A DNA stretch of 64,000 nucleotides from an uncultured Gammaproteobacteria bacterium (GCA_964643435.1 CAZXPY010000003.1:20344-84343); one strand, 5' to 3'. Positions 1-10,026 are shown, counted from the stretch's first letter. Numbers and translations: made by a program. The notes: a model not told the origin generated them from the sequence alone.

Positions 1-9
1 AAGGGAAAA

Positions 10-282
10 GTGAATAAATGGGATATCTTAGAACAAGCGAAAGTCCAACTTGCTCCTAAAAAGGAAACTATTATTAAATTGCTCGCTAGAATCGGTGTCA
101 AAGTAAAGGAACTAAACACCCAGGAACTAGTTGAGCTTTTTTATGATATTTACAATTCAGAAGTCGCTAGAGAGCAAAAAATTGCCTTAAAGGCTAGTGA
201 TTATACTAAACCATTAGTGGAACCTCACCTTTTAGGTTTAACAAGGGCGGAGGTTACGGAAAAGGAGGAGACTGGTGTTTAA
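10..282 (+). CDS. hypothetical protein (90 aa)
   Basis: ORF only; its 3' end overlaps the start of the VirB4-like ATPase gene; no recognisable motif. Confidence 0.3.
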   Translation: MNKWDILEQAKVQLAPKKETIIKLLARIGVKVKELNTQELVELFYDIYNSEVAREQKIALKASDYTKPLVEPHLLGLTRAEVTEKEETGV

Positions 283-2095
283 TTTTTTTAGGAAAAAGAA
301 ACAAGAAGCCAATAAAACAACTGGGGCGTCTACCATTGCATCTGGTATGGTTGATGTCCGGGATATAATCGCCCCGCCAGCGATTGAGGTAGATTTCGAT
401 TACATCAAAATTGGTAATATGTACTACCGCACTCTTTATGTTAGTGGCTATCCGCGTTTTGTTGGTGCTAATTGGCTCGCCCCTTTAATTAACTTCAATC
501 ACAGCTTAGATATTAGTTTTTATTATTATCCGGTCGAAGCCAAAGGGGTTACTGACGATTTAAAAAGAAAGATCGCGGAAATGGAAGCCACAATGCAAAC
601 TGATTTAGAATCCGGTAAGGTTCCAAACCCAGTCGTAAAAATTGCTCTTGAAGATGCTAAGGATTTACAAGAACAACTAGTCAAGGGGACGGAGCGTTTC
701 TTTCAATTTTCCTTTTACGTAACCATATCAGCTTTAGGTTTAGAAGAATTAACTTCAATAACCAAGCAAGTCGAGGCCACTCTCGGTTCGCTTTTGGCAA
801 TTAGTAAACACGCTACTCTTCAACAAGAACAAGCCTTCCAAACTACCTTACCCTTATTTACTGATAAATTATTAGTTACCCGTAATATGGATACCACCAG
901 TTTAGCGACCACCTTTCCTTTTACCTCTAGCGAACTTACCGCTAACGAAGGAGTGCTATACGGAATTAACGAACATAATGGTTCTTTAGTTATTTTTGAT
1001 CGCTTTACTCTGGAAAACGCTAATAGCGTGGTTTTTGCAAAAAGCGGTGCTGGTAAAAGTTATCTTGTCAAGCTAGAAGCAATTCGCAGTTTAATGTTTG
1101 ACACGGAAATTATTGTTATTGACCCGGAAGAGGAGTACAAAGTTCTAACTAGTGCAATTGGCGGTGAGTACATTAACTTTTCTTACGAAGCCGGAACGAG
1201 AATAAATCCTTTTGATCTTTCGGGAGTGTATCAGGAAGGAGAAAATGAACTTGGGTTAAAGATTCTTTCCCTTCATTCTCTGTTCAGAATAATTCTCGGT
1301 AATTTAACTAACACCGAAGATGCGATTTTGGACCGCGCCTTAATTGCTACCTATAAACTAAAGGGAATAACCCCCGACCCAACTACCCAAAAAAACCCGC
1401 CGCCCTTAATGAGTGATTTGTACAATGTCTTGTTAAATTTTGCTGAAAACGAAGCTAAGGGTATGGCCGAAAGATTAGAGCGCTTTATTAAGGGCAGTCT
1501 CGCGGGAATTTTTGATCAACCCTCGACTGTCGATATTAAAAATACCTTTACTGTTTTTGGAATACGCGATCTTGAAGACGAGTTAAGACCAATTGCCATG
1601 TTTATCATCTTAGATTATATTTGGTCGAAAATTAAGCGCGATAAACGCAAGCGCCTCTTAATAGTTGACGAGGCTTGGTATCTAATGAAAAACCCGGACA
1701 GCGCTTCTTTTATCTACGCTATTGCCAAAAGAGCCAGAAAATATTATTTAGGACTAACAACGATAACCCAAGACGTTGAGGATTTCTTAGCCACGGATTA
1801 CGGTAAGGCAGTAGTGACTAACTCTTCAATTCAAATATTGCTAAAACAATCGCCAGCCGCTATTGATAAAATTGCCCAAGTTTTCTACCTAAGTGAAGGT
1901 GAAAAACACCTTCTTTTAAGTGCGGACGTTGGCGAGGGTTTGTTTTTTGCCGGTAACAATCACGTTGCCCTAAGAATCCAAGCCGCCCCCCACGAGCATG
2001 GTTTAATTACCTCTAATCCAGCGGAAACCAACCAAGCTTCTAAAGCGGTTGGTGAGTCGACAACTACCTCGGTTTCCTTAGAGCCGAATAAGTAG
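275..2095 (+). CDS. VirB4/TrbE-like AAA ATPase (type IV secretion / conjugation-like, DUF87 family)
   Basis: Walker A FAKSGAGKSY and Walker B LLIVDEAWYL; overall layout of VirB4-family ATPases. Confidence 0.55.
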   Translation: MFNFFRKKKQEANKTTGASTIASGMVDVRDIIAPPAIEVDFDYIKIGNMYYRTLYVSGYPRFVGANWLAPLINFNHSLDISFYYYPVEAKGVTDDLKRKIAEMEATMQTDLESGKVPNPVVKIALEDAKDLQEQLVKGTERFFQFSFYVTISALGLEELTSITKQVEATLGSLLAISKHATLQQEQAFQTTLPLFTDKLLVTRNMDTTSLATTFPFTSSELTANEGVLYGINEHNGSLVIFDRFTLENANSVVFAKSGAGKSYLVKLEAIRSLMFDTEIIVIDPEEEYKVLTSAIGGEYINFSYEAGTRINPFDLSGVYQEGENELGLKILSLHSLFRIILGNLTNTEDAILDRALIATYKLKGITPDPTTQKNPPPLMSDLYNVLLNFAENEAKGMAERLERFIKGSLAGIFDQPSTVDIKNTFTVFGIRDLEDELRPIAMFIILDYIWSKIKRDKRKRLLIVDEAWYLMKNPDSASFIYAIAKRARKYYLGLTTITQDVEDFLATDYGKAVVTNSSIQILLKQSPAAIDKIAQVFYLSEGEKHLLLSADVGEGLFFAGNNHVALRIQAAPHEHGLITSNPAETNQASKAVGESTTTSVSLEPNK

Positions 2096-2106
2096 TTGTT
2101 AAACCA

Positions 2107-3216
2107 TTAGGTTTTAAATTCTTCTATTTTTCCAGCGCTGATTTTTAAAATTAACGCTTTTTTTTGGACATTTTCCGAGAAGATGTCTAGTGAGTTTGTC
2201 GTTATAATCGTTTGATTTTTATCTAGGATCTTGATGAGATTTTCTTGATGAGCTTTATCCAGCTCACTAAAGACGTCGTCTAGAAGAAAGGTTGGGTCAT
2301 TGCCTCTTTCTTTAAAATATTCGATTTCCGCTAATTTTAGGCAAATAGCCGCAATTCTTGCTTCTCCTTGAGAACCAAACGAGCCTAGATCTTTTGATAT
2401 TACCTTTTCCGCAAATATTGCTTCGGAGATAATTTTAAAATCATCCCGATGCGGACCAATTAGAGTTGTTTTGAATTTAATTTCACTGTTTCGGGCTTTA
2501 TTTAGCTCAAGGGCAAACCTTTGTTTTATTTGTTTTTCTGATTTAGCTACCTTCGTTTTTATCTTTGTCTCATACTCTAAACGTAGCGTGCCCAAATTAG
2601 ATAATTCCGCGCTGGTTTTTTTAAAAATTTCGTTTATGTCTTTTAAAAAAGTAGCTCGTTTTAGCCAAAGACGAGTGCCGTAGTTTATTAATTCTTGGCT
2701 CCAAATATCTAAATCCCCTCCTTTGCCTTCATTTAAGAAAAGGAGAACTTTGTTTCTCTGTTTTAGAACTCGGTTGTATGAGGCTAGATTATATAAATAC
2801 TCCTGATCGGTTAAAGCGAGAACTGTATCTAAAAATTTTCGCCGGTTAACCGGTGGACCGAAGACAAGTTCTAAATCGCGAGGGGAAAACATAATTGCTT
2901 TAAACTTACCTAAAACCTCTAGACCTCTTTTCACTTTAGTATTAAGACGTATTTCCTTACCCCAAGGAAAAACCGAAATTTCTAATTGCTCTTGTTCGAA
3001 AAAAACAGTTACCACCGCTACGTCTTCGCCAAAACGAATAAGTTCTTTATCAAAGGTGGCTCTAGCGGCTTTTAAAATGCAGGCTAGGTAGATACCTTCA
3101 ATTAAATTGGTTTTACCCTGTCCATTGTCTCCAAAAACAACCGTAGTTGTTGGTGAGGGTGAAATATCGGCTTTAGCAATATTGCGATAATTTATTAAAA
3201 TTACCTTTTTAAGCAT
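2107..3216 (-). CDS. recF: DNA replication and repair protein RecF
   Basis: N-terminal GDNGQGKTNLIEGIY P-loop; SMC-like C-terminus; sits downstream of dnaN. Confidence 0.85.
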   Translation of the reverse strand: MLKKVILINYRNIAKADISPSPTTTVVFGDNGQGKTNLIEGIYLACILKAARATFDKELIRFGEDVAVVTVFFEQEQLEISVFPWGKEIRLNTKVKRGLEVLGKFKAIMFSPRDLELVFGPPVNRRKFLDTVLALTDQEYLYNLASYNRVLKQRNKVLLFLNEGKGGDLDIWSQELINYGTRLWLKRATFLKDINEIFKKTSAELSNLGTLRLEYETKIKTKVAKSEKQIKQRFALELNKARNSEIKFKTTLIGPHRDDFKIISEAIFAEKVISKDLGSFGSQGEARIAAICLKLAEIEYFKERGNDPTFLLDDVFSELDKAHQENLIKILDKNQTIITTNSLDIFSENVQKKALILKISAGKIEEFKT

Positions 3217-3299
3217 TAGCCTTGGACTCTAACTGGCATTACGATATAAATAAAGTCTGGTTCTGTTTTCGGTTGGATCATAATTGGACTAGTGGGGTT

Positions 3300-4328
3300 T
3301 CAGGCACTAAAAGTAATTTCCGAACCACATTGAGCTAAACCCTCTAAAAGGAACCGGGAATTAAAAGCAATTGAAAGCGGCTCTTTTCCTTCAATCTTGG
3401 AGGAGAGTTTACTACTGCCTGACCCAAGCTGAGCGGTTTGGGCGTTGATTTCTATGGTTTTGGCGGCCGGGTCAAGTTTTAATTTGACAACACTACCAAT
3501 ATCTTTAGCAAAAATTGCGGCGATTCTTAGGGACCTTAATAGTTCTTCTACCGGTAACTGGGCTTTAATGGCGCTTTCTTTAGGAATAATTCTTTCATAT
3601 TCTGGGTAAGAACCATCGATTAAGCGGCAGGAGACTACAACATTGGTACTTTTAAAAATAGTTTGGTTTTTTGACTCATCAAGAAAGAGGGAAATATCTC
3701 CTTCTTCGTTTTCCGCAATCCGCGCCACTTCTAATAATGTTCTGGCTGGTAAGATGAACTCTTGGGTGGTTGCTTTGCTTTTAAACTTGAATGTGTTTTT
3801 TGACAATCGGTAGCCGTCAGTAGCTACTAGAATTAGCTTGTCTGGTTTTTGCGAGAATAAAACGCCGTTTAAAACTGGCCTTCCTTCGTCTGCCGAAGCG
3901 GCAAAAACAACTTTATTTAGGTTCTGGGCGAATTCACTAGAATCTATGGTTAAAATTTCGCCGGTCTCTGGTTTAGGTATCTCCGGAAACTCGGAAGCGG
4001 AAATTGTTGCTAGGCTCGCGTGGAACTGTTCTGCCTCAACTTCCAAAGTTTCGTCTTTTAGAGTTACTTCGATTGGTAGCGGCGGTAGCGCGTTAATAAA
4101 ATCGCTAAATATTTTCGCCGGGACGGTCGTATTTCCTACTTCCGATACTTTTGCAGGTATATAGGCGGTGATCGAGGTTTCCAGATTAGTACTACTTAAA
4201 TACAAACCTTCTTTTCTAGCTTCGATTAAAATATTCGAAAGGACCGGCAAGGTAGGTTTTTGGGATACGGCTTTATTAACAAGCGACAATCCTTTGTTTA
4301 GATTTTCTTGAGATACGGTTACCACCAT
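3300..4328 (-). CDS. dnaN: DNA polymerase III beta sliding clamp
   Basis: Three-domain beta-clamp-like sequence; classic dnaA-dnaN-recF order. Confidence 0.85.
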   Translation of the reverse strand: MVVTVSQENLNKGLSLVNKAVSQKPTLPVLSNILIEARKEGLYLSSTNLETSITAYIPAKVSEVGNTTVPAKIFSDFINALPPLPIEVTLKDETLEVEAEQFHASLATISASEFPEIPKPETGEILTIDSSEFAQNLNKVVFAASADEGRPVLNGVLFSQKPDKLILVATDGYRLSKNTFKFKSKATTQEFILPARTLLEVARIAENEEGDISLFLDESKNQTIFKSTNVVVSCRLIDGSYPEYERIIPKESAIKAQLPVEELLRSLRIAAIFAKDIGSVVKLKLDPAAKTIEINAQTAQLGSGSSKLSSKIEGKEPLSIAFNSRFLLEGLAQCGSEITFSA

Positions 4329-4463
4329 AGTTTTTTATTAATAATATAAATAGTATTATTAGGTTGTGTGGAAAAGTGTAAAACTGGCGAAAAACGGGCA
4401 AGAGTTTCGACAAAAATTCGTGTCAAGGAACCAAGGTTTAGTTGGGGATAAATAAATAAAAAT

Positions 4464-5840
4464 TTAGCTTTCATACAAGTGCTCGGTTATTTCCTCAACT
4501 AATCCACGAATTTCAGTGCTTTTTTCCACAGTTGCTGAAATTTTCCTAATACCGTGAATTACCGTAGTGTGGTCTTTTTTATTCAAAAGGGAGGCAATTT
4601 TTGTTAAGGTTAGCCCACCTTCCTTGCGGAGTAAATAGTAAGCGATGTGACGGGGTAAAACTACTTCTCTTGAGCGTCTAGGACTTTTTAATTCGGCTGC
4701 CCTTAAGGAGAAATATTCAGCAACAGTATCAATTATATCTTTATGATTTAGAAACCGTTTTTTAATATTAGCCCTAGAGAGGGTTAGAACCTCTTGCGCC
4801 AAAGTTAGATCAAGTTCTTTTTGGTTTAAGGAAGCGTGGGTTTTTAATTGTAAAAGCGTTCCTTCCAAATCGCGGATACTCGTGCCCAAATTTTGGGCGA
4901 TAAAACTAATAACCTCTGGGTCCAAAGCAATTTTCTCATATTGGCATTTCGCCCTAATAATCGCTTCTTTTAGCTCCCTATCAGGAGGACTAATATCCAC
5001 AATCATTCCACCTTCAAAACGGCTTCGTAAGCGATCGGCTAGCTTGGCAATATTTTTTGGAGGTCTATCCGAGGTTATTACAATTTGTTTAGATTGACTA
5101 TGAAGTTGGTTAAAAGTATGGAAAAACTCCTCTTGGGTTGCTTCCCGACCAGCGATAAAGGCAATGTCATCGATTAATAAGCAATCGCCGGTACGAAATT
5201 TTTGGTGAAAGGAACTAGTTTTCCGATTTTGGATAGCCTCAACTAGCTCATTTGTGAAAGTTTCACTAGTACAATACAAAACCCTTAAGGAAGGAGAATT
5301 TTTTTGGATTTCATTACCAATAGCCTGCATCAAGTGAGTTTTACCCACCCCAACCCCGCCATAGATAAATAAAGGATTGTAGGCGTTAGCTAAGTTTTTA
5401 GCAACCGAGCTAGCAACCGCAAAAGCTAGTTTGTTAGAATTACCAACCACAAAGTTAGCAAACGTGTAACGGCCGTTTAAATTGGCTATTAAGCGGCCCT
5501 TAATAGTTTCTTTATCTTCTTCAAAAAGATTTTTCTGGGAGTCGAAATCCTTCTTAACAAGCACGACCTTTGGTTTAGAAACCGAACCAACCCTAAAGAT
5601 TACGTTATTGGAAGTACCAGTTAATCGATCCAAAATCTCCTTAACCTTACCCTGATAGCGAGTTTCGAGCCAATCTTTGGTATAAGAGGAATTACAGTCG
5701 ACTTCGATTATTGAGTTGTTCACATTTATTATTGTCGTTTTATCCTTAAACCACGTTTGAAAGCTAGCCTTAGAAAGGGTGAGTTCAAGTTCTGCTAAAC
5801 AAGCAGACCAAAGAGTTTTATTGTCAATGTTTGGACTCAT
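4464..5840 (-). CDS. dnaA: chromosomal replication initiator DnaA
   Basis: AAA+ Walker A GGVGVGKTHLMQAIG; C-terminal DnaA-box-binding helix-turn-helix; divergent from rpmH. Confidence 0.9.
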   Translation of the reverse strand: MSPNIDNKTLWSACLAELELTLSKASFQTWFKDKTTIINVNNSIIEVDCNSSYTKDWLETRYQGKVKEILDRLTGTSNNVIFRVGSVSKPKVVLVKKDFDSQKNLFEEDKETIKGRLIANLNGRYTFANFVVGNSNKLAFAVASSVAKNLANAYNPLFIYGGVGVGKTHLMQAIGNEIQKNSPSLRVLYCTSETFTNELVEAIQNRKTSSFHQKFRTGDCLLIDDIAFIAGREATQEEFFHTFNQLHSQSKQIVITSDRPPKNIAKLADRLRSRFEGGMIVDISPPDRELKEAIIRAKCQYEKIALDPEVISFIAQNLGTSIRDLEGTLLQLKTHASLNQKELDLTLAQEVLTLSRANIKKRFLNHKDIIDTVAEYFSLRAAELKSPRRSREVVLPRHIAYYLLRKEGGLTLTKIASLLNKKDHTTVIHGIRKISATVEKSTEIRGLVEEITEHLYES

Positions 5841-5956
5841 AAAGACTAAAGGTTGTTTGGCAGCTAAAATTAGTAGGTTCCTTCTTATGATAGATAACTA
5901 CGGCTTACTTTTACAAGTCCCCAAAAAAGAGTCCTTCCCACTATAAGACAGTAAAA

Positions 5957-5985
5957 TTGACATCTTGTCTTTTTGGACTTAAACT
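5957..5985 (+). promoter_or_regulatory. putative sigma70 promoter of the rpmH-rnpA operon (TTGACA-17-TAAACT)
   Basis: Consensus -35 hexamer, 17-nt spacer, plausible -10 hexamer about 9 nt upstream of the rpmH ATG. Confidence 0.4.
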
Positions 5986-5993
5986 GTTAGTGC

Positions 5994-6128
5994 ATGAAAA
6001 GAACATACCAACCAAAGAAACTGAAAAGAGCCAGGAAACATGGTTTTAGAGCAAAAATAAAAACTAAAAGCGGCCGAGCAGTATTAAAAAGAAGACGTTT
6101 AAAGAAGCGAGCAAAACTTACGGTTTAA
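5994..6128 (+). CDS. rpmH: 50S ribosomal protein L34 (44 aa); absent from the ORF track
   Basis: Hand translation gives [44 protein letters not shown], a typical L34; its stop overlaps the rnpA start. Confidence 0.85.
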   Translation: MKRTYQPKKLKRARKHGFRAKIKTKSGRAVLKRRRLKKRAKLTV

Positions 6129-6466
6129 TGTTACCAAAATCAAACCGGTTAAATTTAAGCAGGGAATATTACAAAATAAAAAAAGGTAGCTTGTTTATTC
6201 AGACACCGATCTTTAAAGTATTTTACGCTGAATCTGGCGGTGTTCAACCAAAGATCGGTTTTGTTGTCAGCCACCATATTGGTAAAGCAGTAGTACGCAA
6301 TAGAGTTAGAAGGTTATTAGCCGAAGAGGTTCGTAAGAACCTCTCTAAATTTCCTAAAAAAATGAAACTAGTTTTTATTGCTAAACCCAATATAATAAGT
6401 TTGAAACATGACGAAATTTCTACTTTTATTAATCAGGTTTTATCAAAAATACCTGAACCGAAATAA
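6128..6466 (+). CDS. rnpA: RNase P protein component
   Basis: Basic 112-aa protein with the RnpA RNR motif [10 protein letters not shown]; follows rpmH. Confidence 0.8.
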   Translation: MLPKSNRLNLSREYYKIKKGSLFIQTPIFKVFYAESGGVQPKIGFVVSHHIGKAVVRNRVRRLLAEEVRKNLSKFPKKMKLVFIAKPNIISLKHDEISTFINQVLSKIPEPK

Positions 6467-6650
6467 CGTCTTTCTTAAGGGTACTTTTATTGCCGAGGCC
6501 GGTGGGGTTTGTCGATTTCGACCGACATGCTCGCGGTATACTTATCAAGCAATCGAGCGTTACGGATCTCTAAAAGGGCTCTATTTAGGATTCCGGCGAA
6601 TTTTACGCTGTCATCCCTGGAACGTTGGCGGTTACGATCCGTTAAAATAA
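6408..6650 (+). CDS. yidD: membrane protein insertion efficiency factor YidD
   Basis: LIRFYQ...[10 protein letters not shown]...LRCHPW motifs; overlaps the rnpA 3' end. Confidence 0.8.
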   Translation: MTKFLLLLIRFYQKYLNRNNVFLKGTFIAEAGGVCRFRPTCSRYTYQAIERYGSLKGLYLGFRRILRCHPWNVGGYDPLK

Positions 6651-6689
6651 TCAAAAACCTGGGGAAAAACCAGACCTATTTACTATAAG

Positions 6690-7397
6690 ATGAAAATATT
6701 AGTCGGTATTTGGAATAATTTTTTTTACGAACCAATTTTGTGGTTACTCACTATTCTTTATAACCTTAGTTTTCAAAATTTAGGATTGGCAATTATTATG
6801 GTAACTGTTCTTATTAGAGTGGCGTTGCTTCCTTTAATCTTACCATCCCTCCGTAGTGCTAAAAAAATGCAAGATTTGCAACCACAAATGGCCAATTTGA
6901 AACAACGCTACGGCCATGATAAAAAAAGACACACGCAAGAACAACTTAGACTTTATAAACAGCACGGTATAAACCCAGCCGCCGGATGCCTACCTAATCT
7001 AGTCCAAATATTATTTTTAATCGCCCTTTACCAAGTGTTTTTTTCGACGCTTAGTAGCGGATTTAATAGGGAGTTTCTTATTTGGGACCTGACAAAAAAA
7101 GATTCAACACTAATTTTGCCGATTCTAGCGGGAATTAGCCAGCTAATCCTTTCTAAAATGATGTTACCTAAAAATAGGACACCCGTTAAAGGTCAGGGAG
7201 GTATGGAGGAAGCGGTTTACTCAATGCAATCCCAGATGTTATACTTGTTCCCGATTATGACAGTGGTTATTGGTTGGCAGTTCCCTTCGGGGTTAGTGCT
7301 GTATTGGGCAGTGACTACAATATTTTCAATAATCCAACAGTACGCGGTTACCGGGACAGGAGGATTAGAAGGTTGGCTAAGAGTAGTGAAAAAATAA
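6690..7397 (+). CDS. yidC: membrane protein insertase YidC/Oxa1 family (short form)
   Basis: Multi-pass membrane protein in the conserved rnpA-yidD-yidC-jag position. Confidence 0.8.
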   Translation: MKILVGIWNNFFYEPILWLLTILYNLSFQNLGLAIIMVTVLIRVALLPLILPSLRSAKKMQDLQPQMANLKQRYGHDKKRHTQEQLRLYKQHGINPAAGCLPNLVQILFLIALYQVFFSTLSSGFNREFLIWDLTKKDSTLILPILAGISQLILSKMMLPKNRTPVKGQGGMEEAVYSMQSQMLYLFPIMTVVIGWQFPSGLVLYWAVTTIFSIIQQYAVTGTGGLEGWLRVVKK

Positions 7398-7846
7398 TTA
7401 ATATTAGTGAAAAAATTGTTACCGAACTTTTTTCTAAACTAGGAATAGAAGCTTCCCACCAAATCTCTCTTGATTCCGAAGATAATATTCAAATTAAGTT
7501 AGAAAGCCCCTCTTCAGGGATTTTAATCGGCTACCACGGTGATAATCTTTTTTCTTTGCAACTAGTTTTGTCTTTAATGATCAATAAGGCTTTGGGAGAA
7601 GAGTTGTGGAGGAAGGTTTTTTTAGACATATCTAGTTGGAAAAAAGACCGCGAGGAAATCCTTAAAGAAATGGTTAAAAAAGCCGTTGAGAGGTTAGGAA
7701 CAAATGTTGCCGAGATCCCACTACCACCGATGTCTCCTCCTGACCGGCGGCTTATTCATATTTTTGTTCAGGAATATACGGAGGTTACCAGCGAGAGTAA
7801 TGGTGAGGGTCGAGAACGCCACGTTGTGATTAAAAGAAAGAGCTAG
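7274..7846 (+). CDS. jag: Jag/KhpB-like RNA-binding protein (KH + R3H domains)
   Basis: GYHGDNL (KH-like) and a C-terminal R3H-like region; the 5' end overlaps yidC by about 120 nt and there is no canonical start just after the yidC stop, so the start is uncertain. Confidence 0.65.
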   Translation: MAVPFGVSAVLGSDYNIFNNPTVRGYRDRRIRRLAKSSEKIINISEKIVTELFSKLGIEASHQISLDSEDNIQIKLESPSSGILIGYHGDNLFSLQLVLSLMINKALGEELWRKVFLDISSWKKDREEILKEMVKKAVERLGTNVAEIPLPPMSPPDRRLIHIFVQEYTEVTSESNGEGRERHVVIKRKS

Positions 7847-7865
7847 AAAAACCTTAATTTAAAAA

Positions 7866-8300
7866 ATGTTAAAGCAGAATCTTATAGTTTATTGTGATGG
7901 TGGAGCAAGAGGCAACCCAGGACCAGCTGCGGTTGGGGTTGTTATCTTCAACGGTGAGGGAAATCTGCGGGATAAATGCGGGAAATATATAGGAAAAACC
8001 ACTAACAATGTCGCCGAATATGAAGGAGTAGTTACTGCTTTTGGGATTATTTTAGATTTAAAAGATATTAACCCTAAAAAAACTAATCTAACCTTTAACC
8101 TAGATTCGGCTCTTGTAGTAAACCAACTTAATGGCTTATATAAGATAAAAAAAGGACATCTGCGTGATTTATTATTCAAAATCCGCCATTTCGAACAAAA
8201 TTTTCCTAAAGTGAGTTATAATCTTATTCCTAGGGAAAAAAACACCGAAGCAGATTTTTTAGTTAATCAGGCTCTTGATAATTATGAACGAACTTCGTGA
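7866..8300 (+). CDS. rnhA: ribonuclease HI
   Basis: YCDGGARGNPGPAAVG N-terminus and EYEGV motif typical of RNase H. Confidence 0.8.
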   Translation: MLKQNLIVYCDGGARGNPGPAAVGVVIFNGEGNLRDKCGKYIGKTTNNVAEYEGVVTAFGIILDLKDINPKKTNLTFNLDSALVVNQLNGLYKIKKGHLRDLLFKIRHFEQNFPKVSYNLIPREKNTEADFLVNQALDNYERTS

Positions 8301-8889
8301 TTATTTAAATTTTCTTAAAAAAAATTCCGTTATTATTTTGCTCTTTGGTGTTTTAGGTGCCAGTGCCGGTTTTTTTTACACTAGTAGTAAAGAAATAAAT
8401 TATGAGGCGGTAGCTAATCTTTATATTATAAATACAGCCCAAGGACAGAACGAACGCTACTACACTTACGATGGTTACTATTCACAACTCGCCACCAAAG
8501 AGTATACCGACACGTTAATAGGATTGATTAAAAGCTTAGATTTTATAAGAGTAGTCGGCCAGGATATTGGTACAACACCTACGCAAATCACCAGTTCACT
8601 AAGAGTAAGAAAAATCGCCCCGGCAGTCATTAGTCTTTCAGTAACAAATAAAGACGCAGAGGCCGCAAAAAAACTAGTAACTAAATTAACGACTGCTTTA
8701 AACGACAAAATTTCTTTTCTAAACCAGGGTTCTGATAACCCCCTAACTACTAAAACTCTTCAACCGGAACCTTTGGTAAACAAACTCCAGGAACCAATAA
8801 AAATCAACACTTTATTAGGAGCTTTTGTAGGAATGATAATAGCGATAGTTGCCAGTGCGTTAATAACGTATTTAAAACCCAAAGATTAA
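8275..8889 (+). CDS. Wzz/CapA (YveK)-like polysaccharide co-polymerase family membrane protein
   Basis: N-terminal and C-terminal transmembrane helices flank a soluble domain; about 200 aa, like Gram-positive CapA/YveK. Confidence 0.4.
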   Translation: MIIMNELRDYLNFLKKNSVIILLFGVLGASAGFFYTSSKEINYEAVANLYIINTAQGQNERYYTYDGYYSQLATKEYTDTLIGLIKSLDFIRVVGQDIGTTPTQITSSLRVRKIAPAVISLSVTNKDAEAAKKLVTKLTTALNDKISFLNQGSDNPLTTKTLQPEPLVNKLQEPIKINTLLGAFVGMIIAIVASALITYLKPKD

Positions 8890-8948
8890 CAATATTTTTC
8901 TTATACTTGAAATTGAATTAAGAGTTTGTTAGACTTATTTTTGTATAC

Positions 8949-9308
8949 ATGGATAAAAAGCTTATGTATCAATTTCAAAAACAGTTTGGTAAATACTTAA
9001 ACTGTAGTTGCAAAACTCCTCTTGATCTTGGGAAACTAGAAATTGTCTCTGAAACTGAAAATACAATATTAGCCCATTATCTTTGCCCTAATTGCGGTCG
9101 GGAGCAGACTTTAGCGGCTTCGGTGGGTATAATTGAAGAAGCGCAAAAGAAACAGCCGTTCAATACTTTAACGAGCGATGATGTCTTAGATATAAGAGAA
9201 GAGTTGAAAAAAATAAAGATAAGCCAACTTAAAGGCCTATTTAAAACTAATAAGAAAAACCAAACCCAGCCGGATATCGGAACCTCTTTTAAAGAAGAGT
9301 TGATTTAA
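8949..9308 (+). CDS. hypothetical protein with CxxC...CPxC zinc-ribbon-like motifs
   Basis: NCSC and CPNCG cysteine pairs; no further similarity recognised. Confidence 0.3.
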   Translation: MDKKLMYQFQKQFGKYLNCSCKTPLDLGKLEIVSETENTILAHYLCPNCGREQTLAASVGIIEEAQKKQPFNTLTSDDVLDIREELKKIKISQLKGLFKTNKKNQTQPDIGTSFKEELI

Positions 9309-9328
9309 CGACCGCTTATTTGTATAAT
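9300..9328 (+). promoter_or_regulatory. putative sigma70 promoter of rplY (TTGATT-17-TATAAT with extended TG)
   Basis: Hexamers and spacing read directly; the -10 ends 8 nt before the ATG at 9337, so there is little or no leader. Confidence 0.4.
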
Positions 9329-9336
9329 ACCTCCCG

Positions 9337-10026
9337 ATGATTAGACCCAAATTAAAAGTAGAAGAGCGTAAGGTTTTAGGTAAAAAAGTAAAAAAATTAA
9401 GACGAGAAGGATTAATACCAGCTAATATATTTGGTAAGGAAATTAAAACAACGGCGTTGCAGATCGAAGGTAAGGAATTTAGCAAACTATTTAAAGAAGT
9501 TGGTGAGACTTCTTTGGTAGAAGTGAGTCTAGGCGATAAAACCCTCCCAGCTCTTATTAGCAATGTCCAAAAAGACCCTCTGAGTGGTCAGCCCCTACAC
9601 ATTGATTTCCACCAAGTCTCTCTAAAAGAAAAAGTGGAAACAAAAGTACCAATCTCCCTTACGGGAGAAGCGCCGGCGGAAAAAGCGGGGATTGGTTTAA
9701 TTTTACAGACTTTACAAGAGCTGGAGATCGAGTGTTTACCGCAAGATATACCTCCCAAAATTGAAGTCGACGTAGCTTCTTTAACGGAAGTCGGTAGCAG
9801 CCTCCATGTTAAGGATATAAAGTTAGACAAACAAAAAATTGAGGTTAAAAATAACCCCGAAGAAGTCGTTGTTAGCGTTCAAACTGCGGAGATGAAAGAA
9901 GAAGTAGAAGAAGCGGTAACAGCCCCGTCAGAGGTAGAAGTTATCGAAGAAAAGAAAGAAGAGGATGAGGAAGTCGAAGCTGAAACCGAAAAAACAGAGG
10001 AATCTCCAAAACAACCTTCTGAATAA
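9337..10026 (+). CDS. rplY: 50S ribosomal protein L25 / general stress protein Ctc
   Basis: L25 N-terminal and Ctc beta-barrel domains plus an acidic C-terminal tail. Confidence 0.8.
   Translation: MIRPKLKVEERKVLGKKVKKLRREGLIPANIFGKEIKTTALQIEGKEFSKLFKEVGETSLVEVSLGDKTLPALISNVQKDPLSGQPLHIDFHQVSLKEKVETKVPISLTGEAPAEKAGIGLILQTLQELEIECLPQDIPPKIEVDVASLTEVGSSLHVKDIKLDKQKIEVKNNPEEVVVSVQTAEMKEEVEEAVTAPSEVEVIEEKKEEDEEVEAETEKTEESPKQPSE

Noticed and set aside
2471-5097. Short antisense ORFs inside recF, dnaN and dnaA
   Set aside because: They are embedded in well-supported genes and have no signals.
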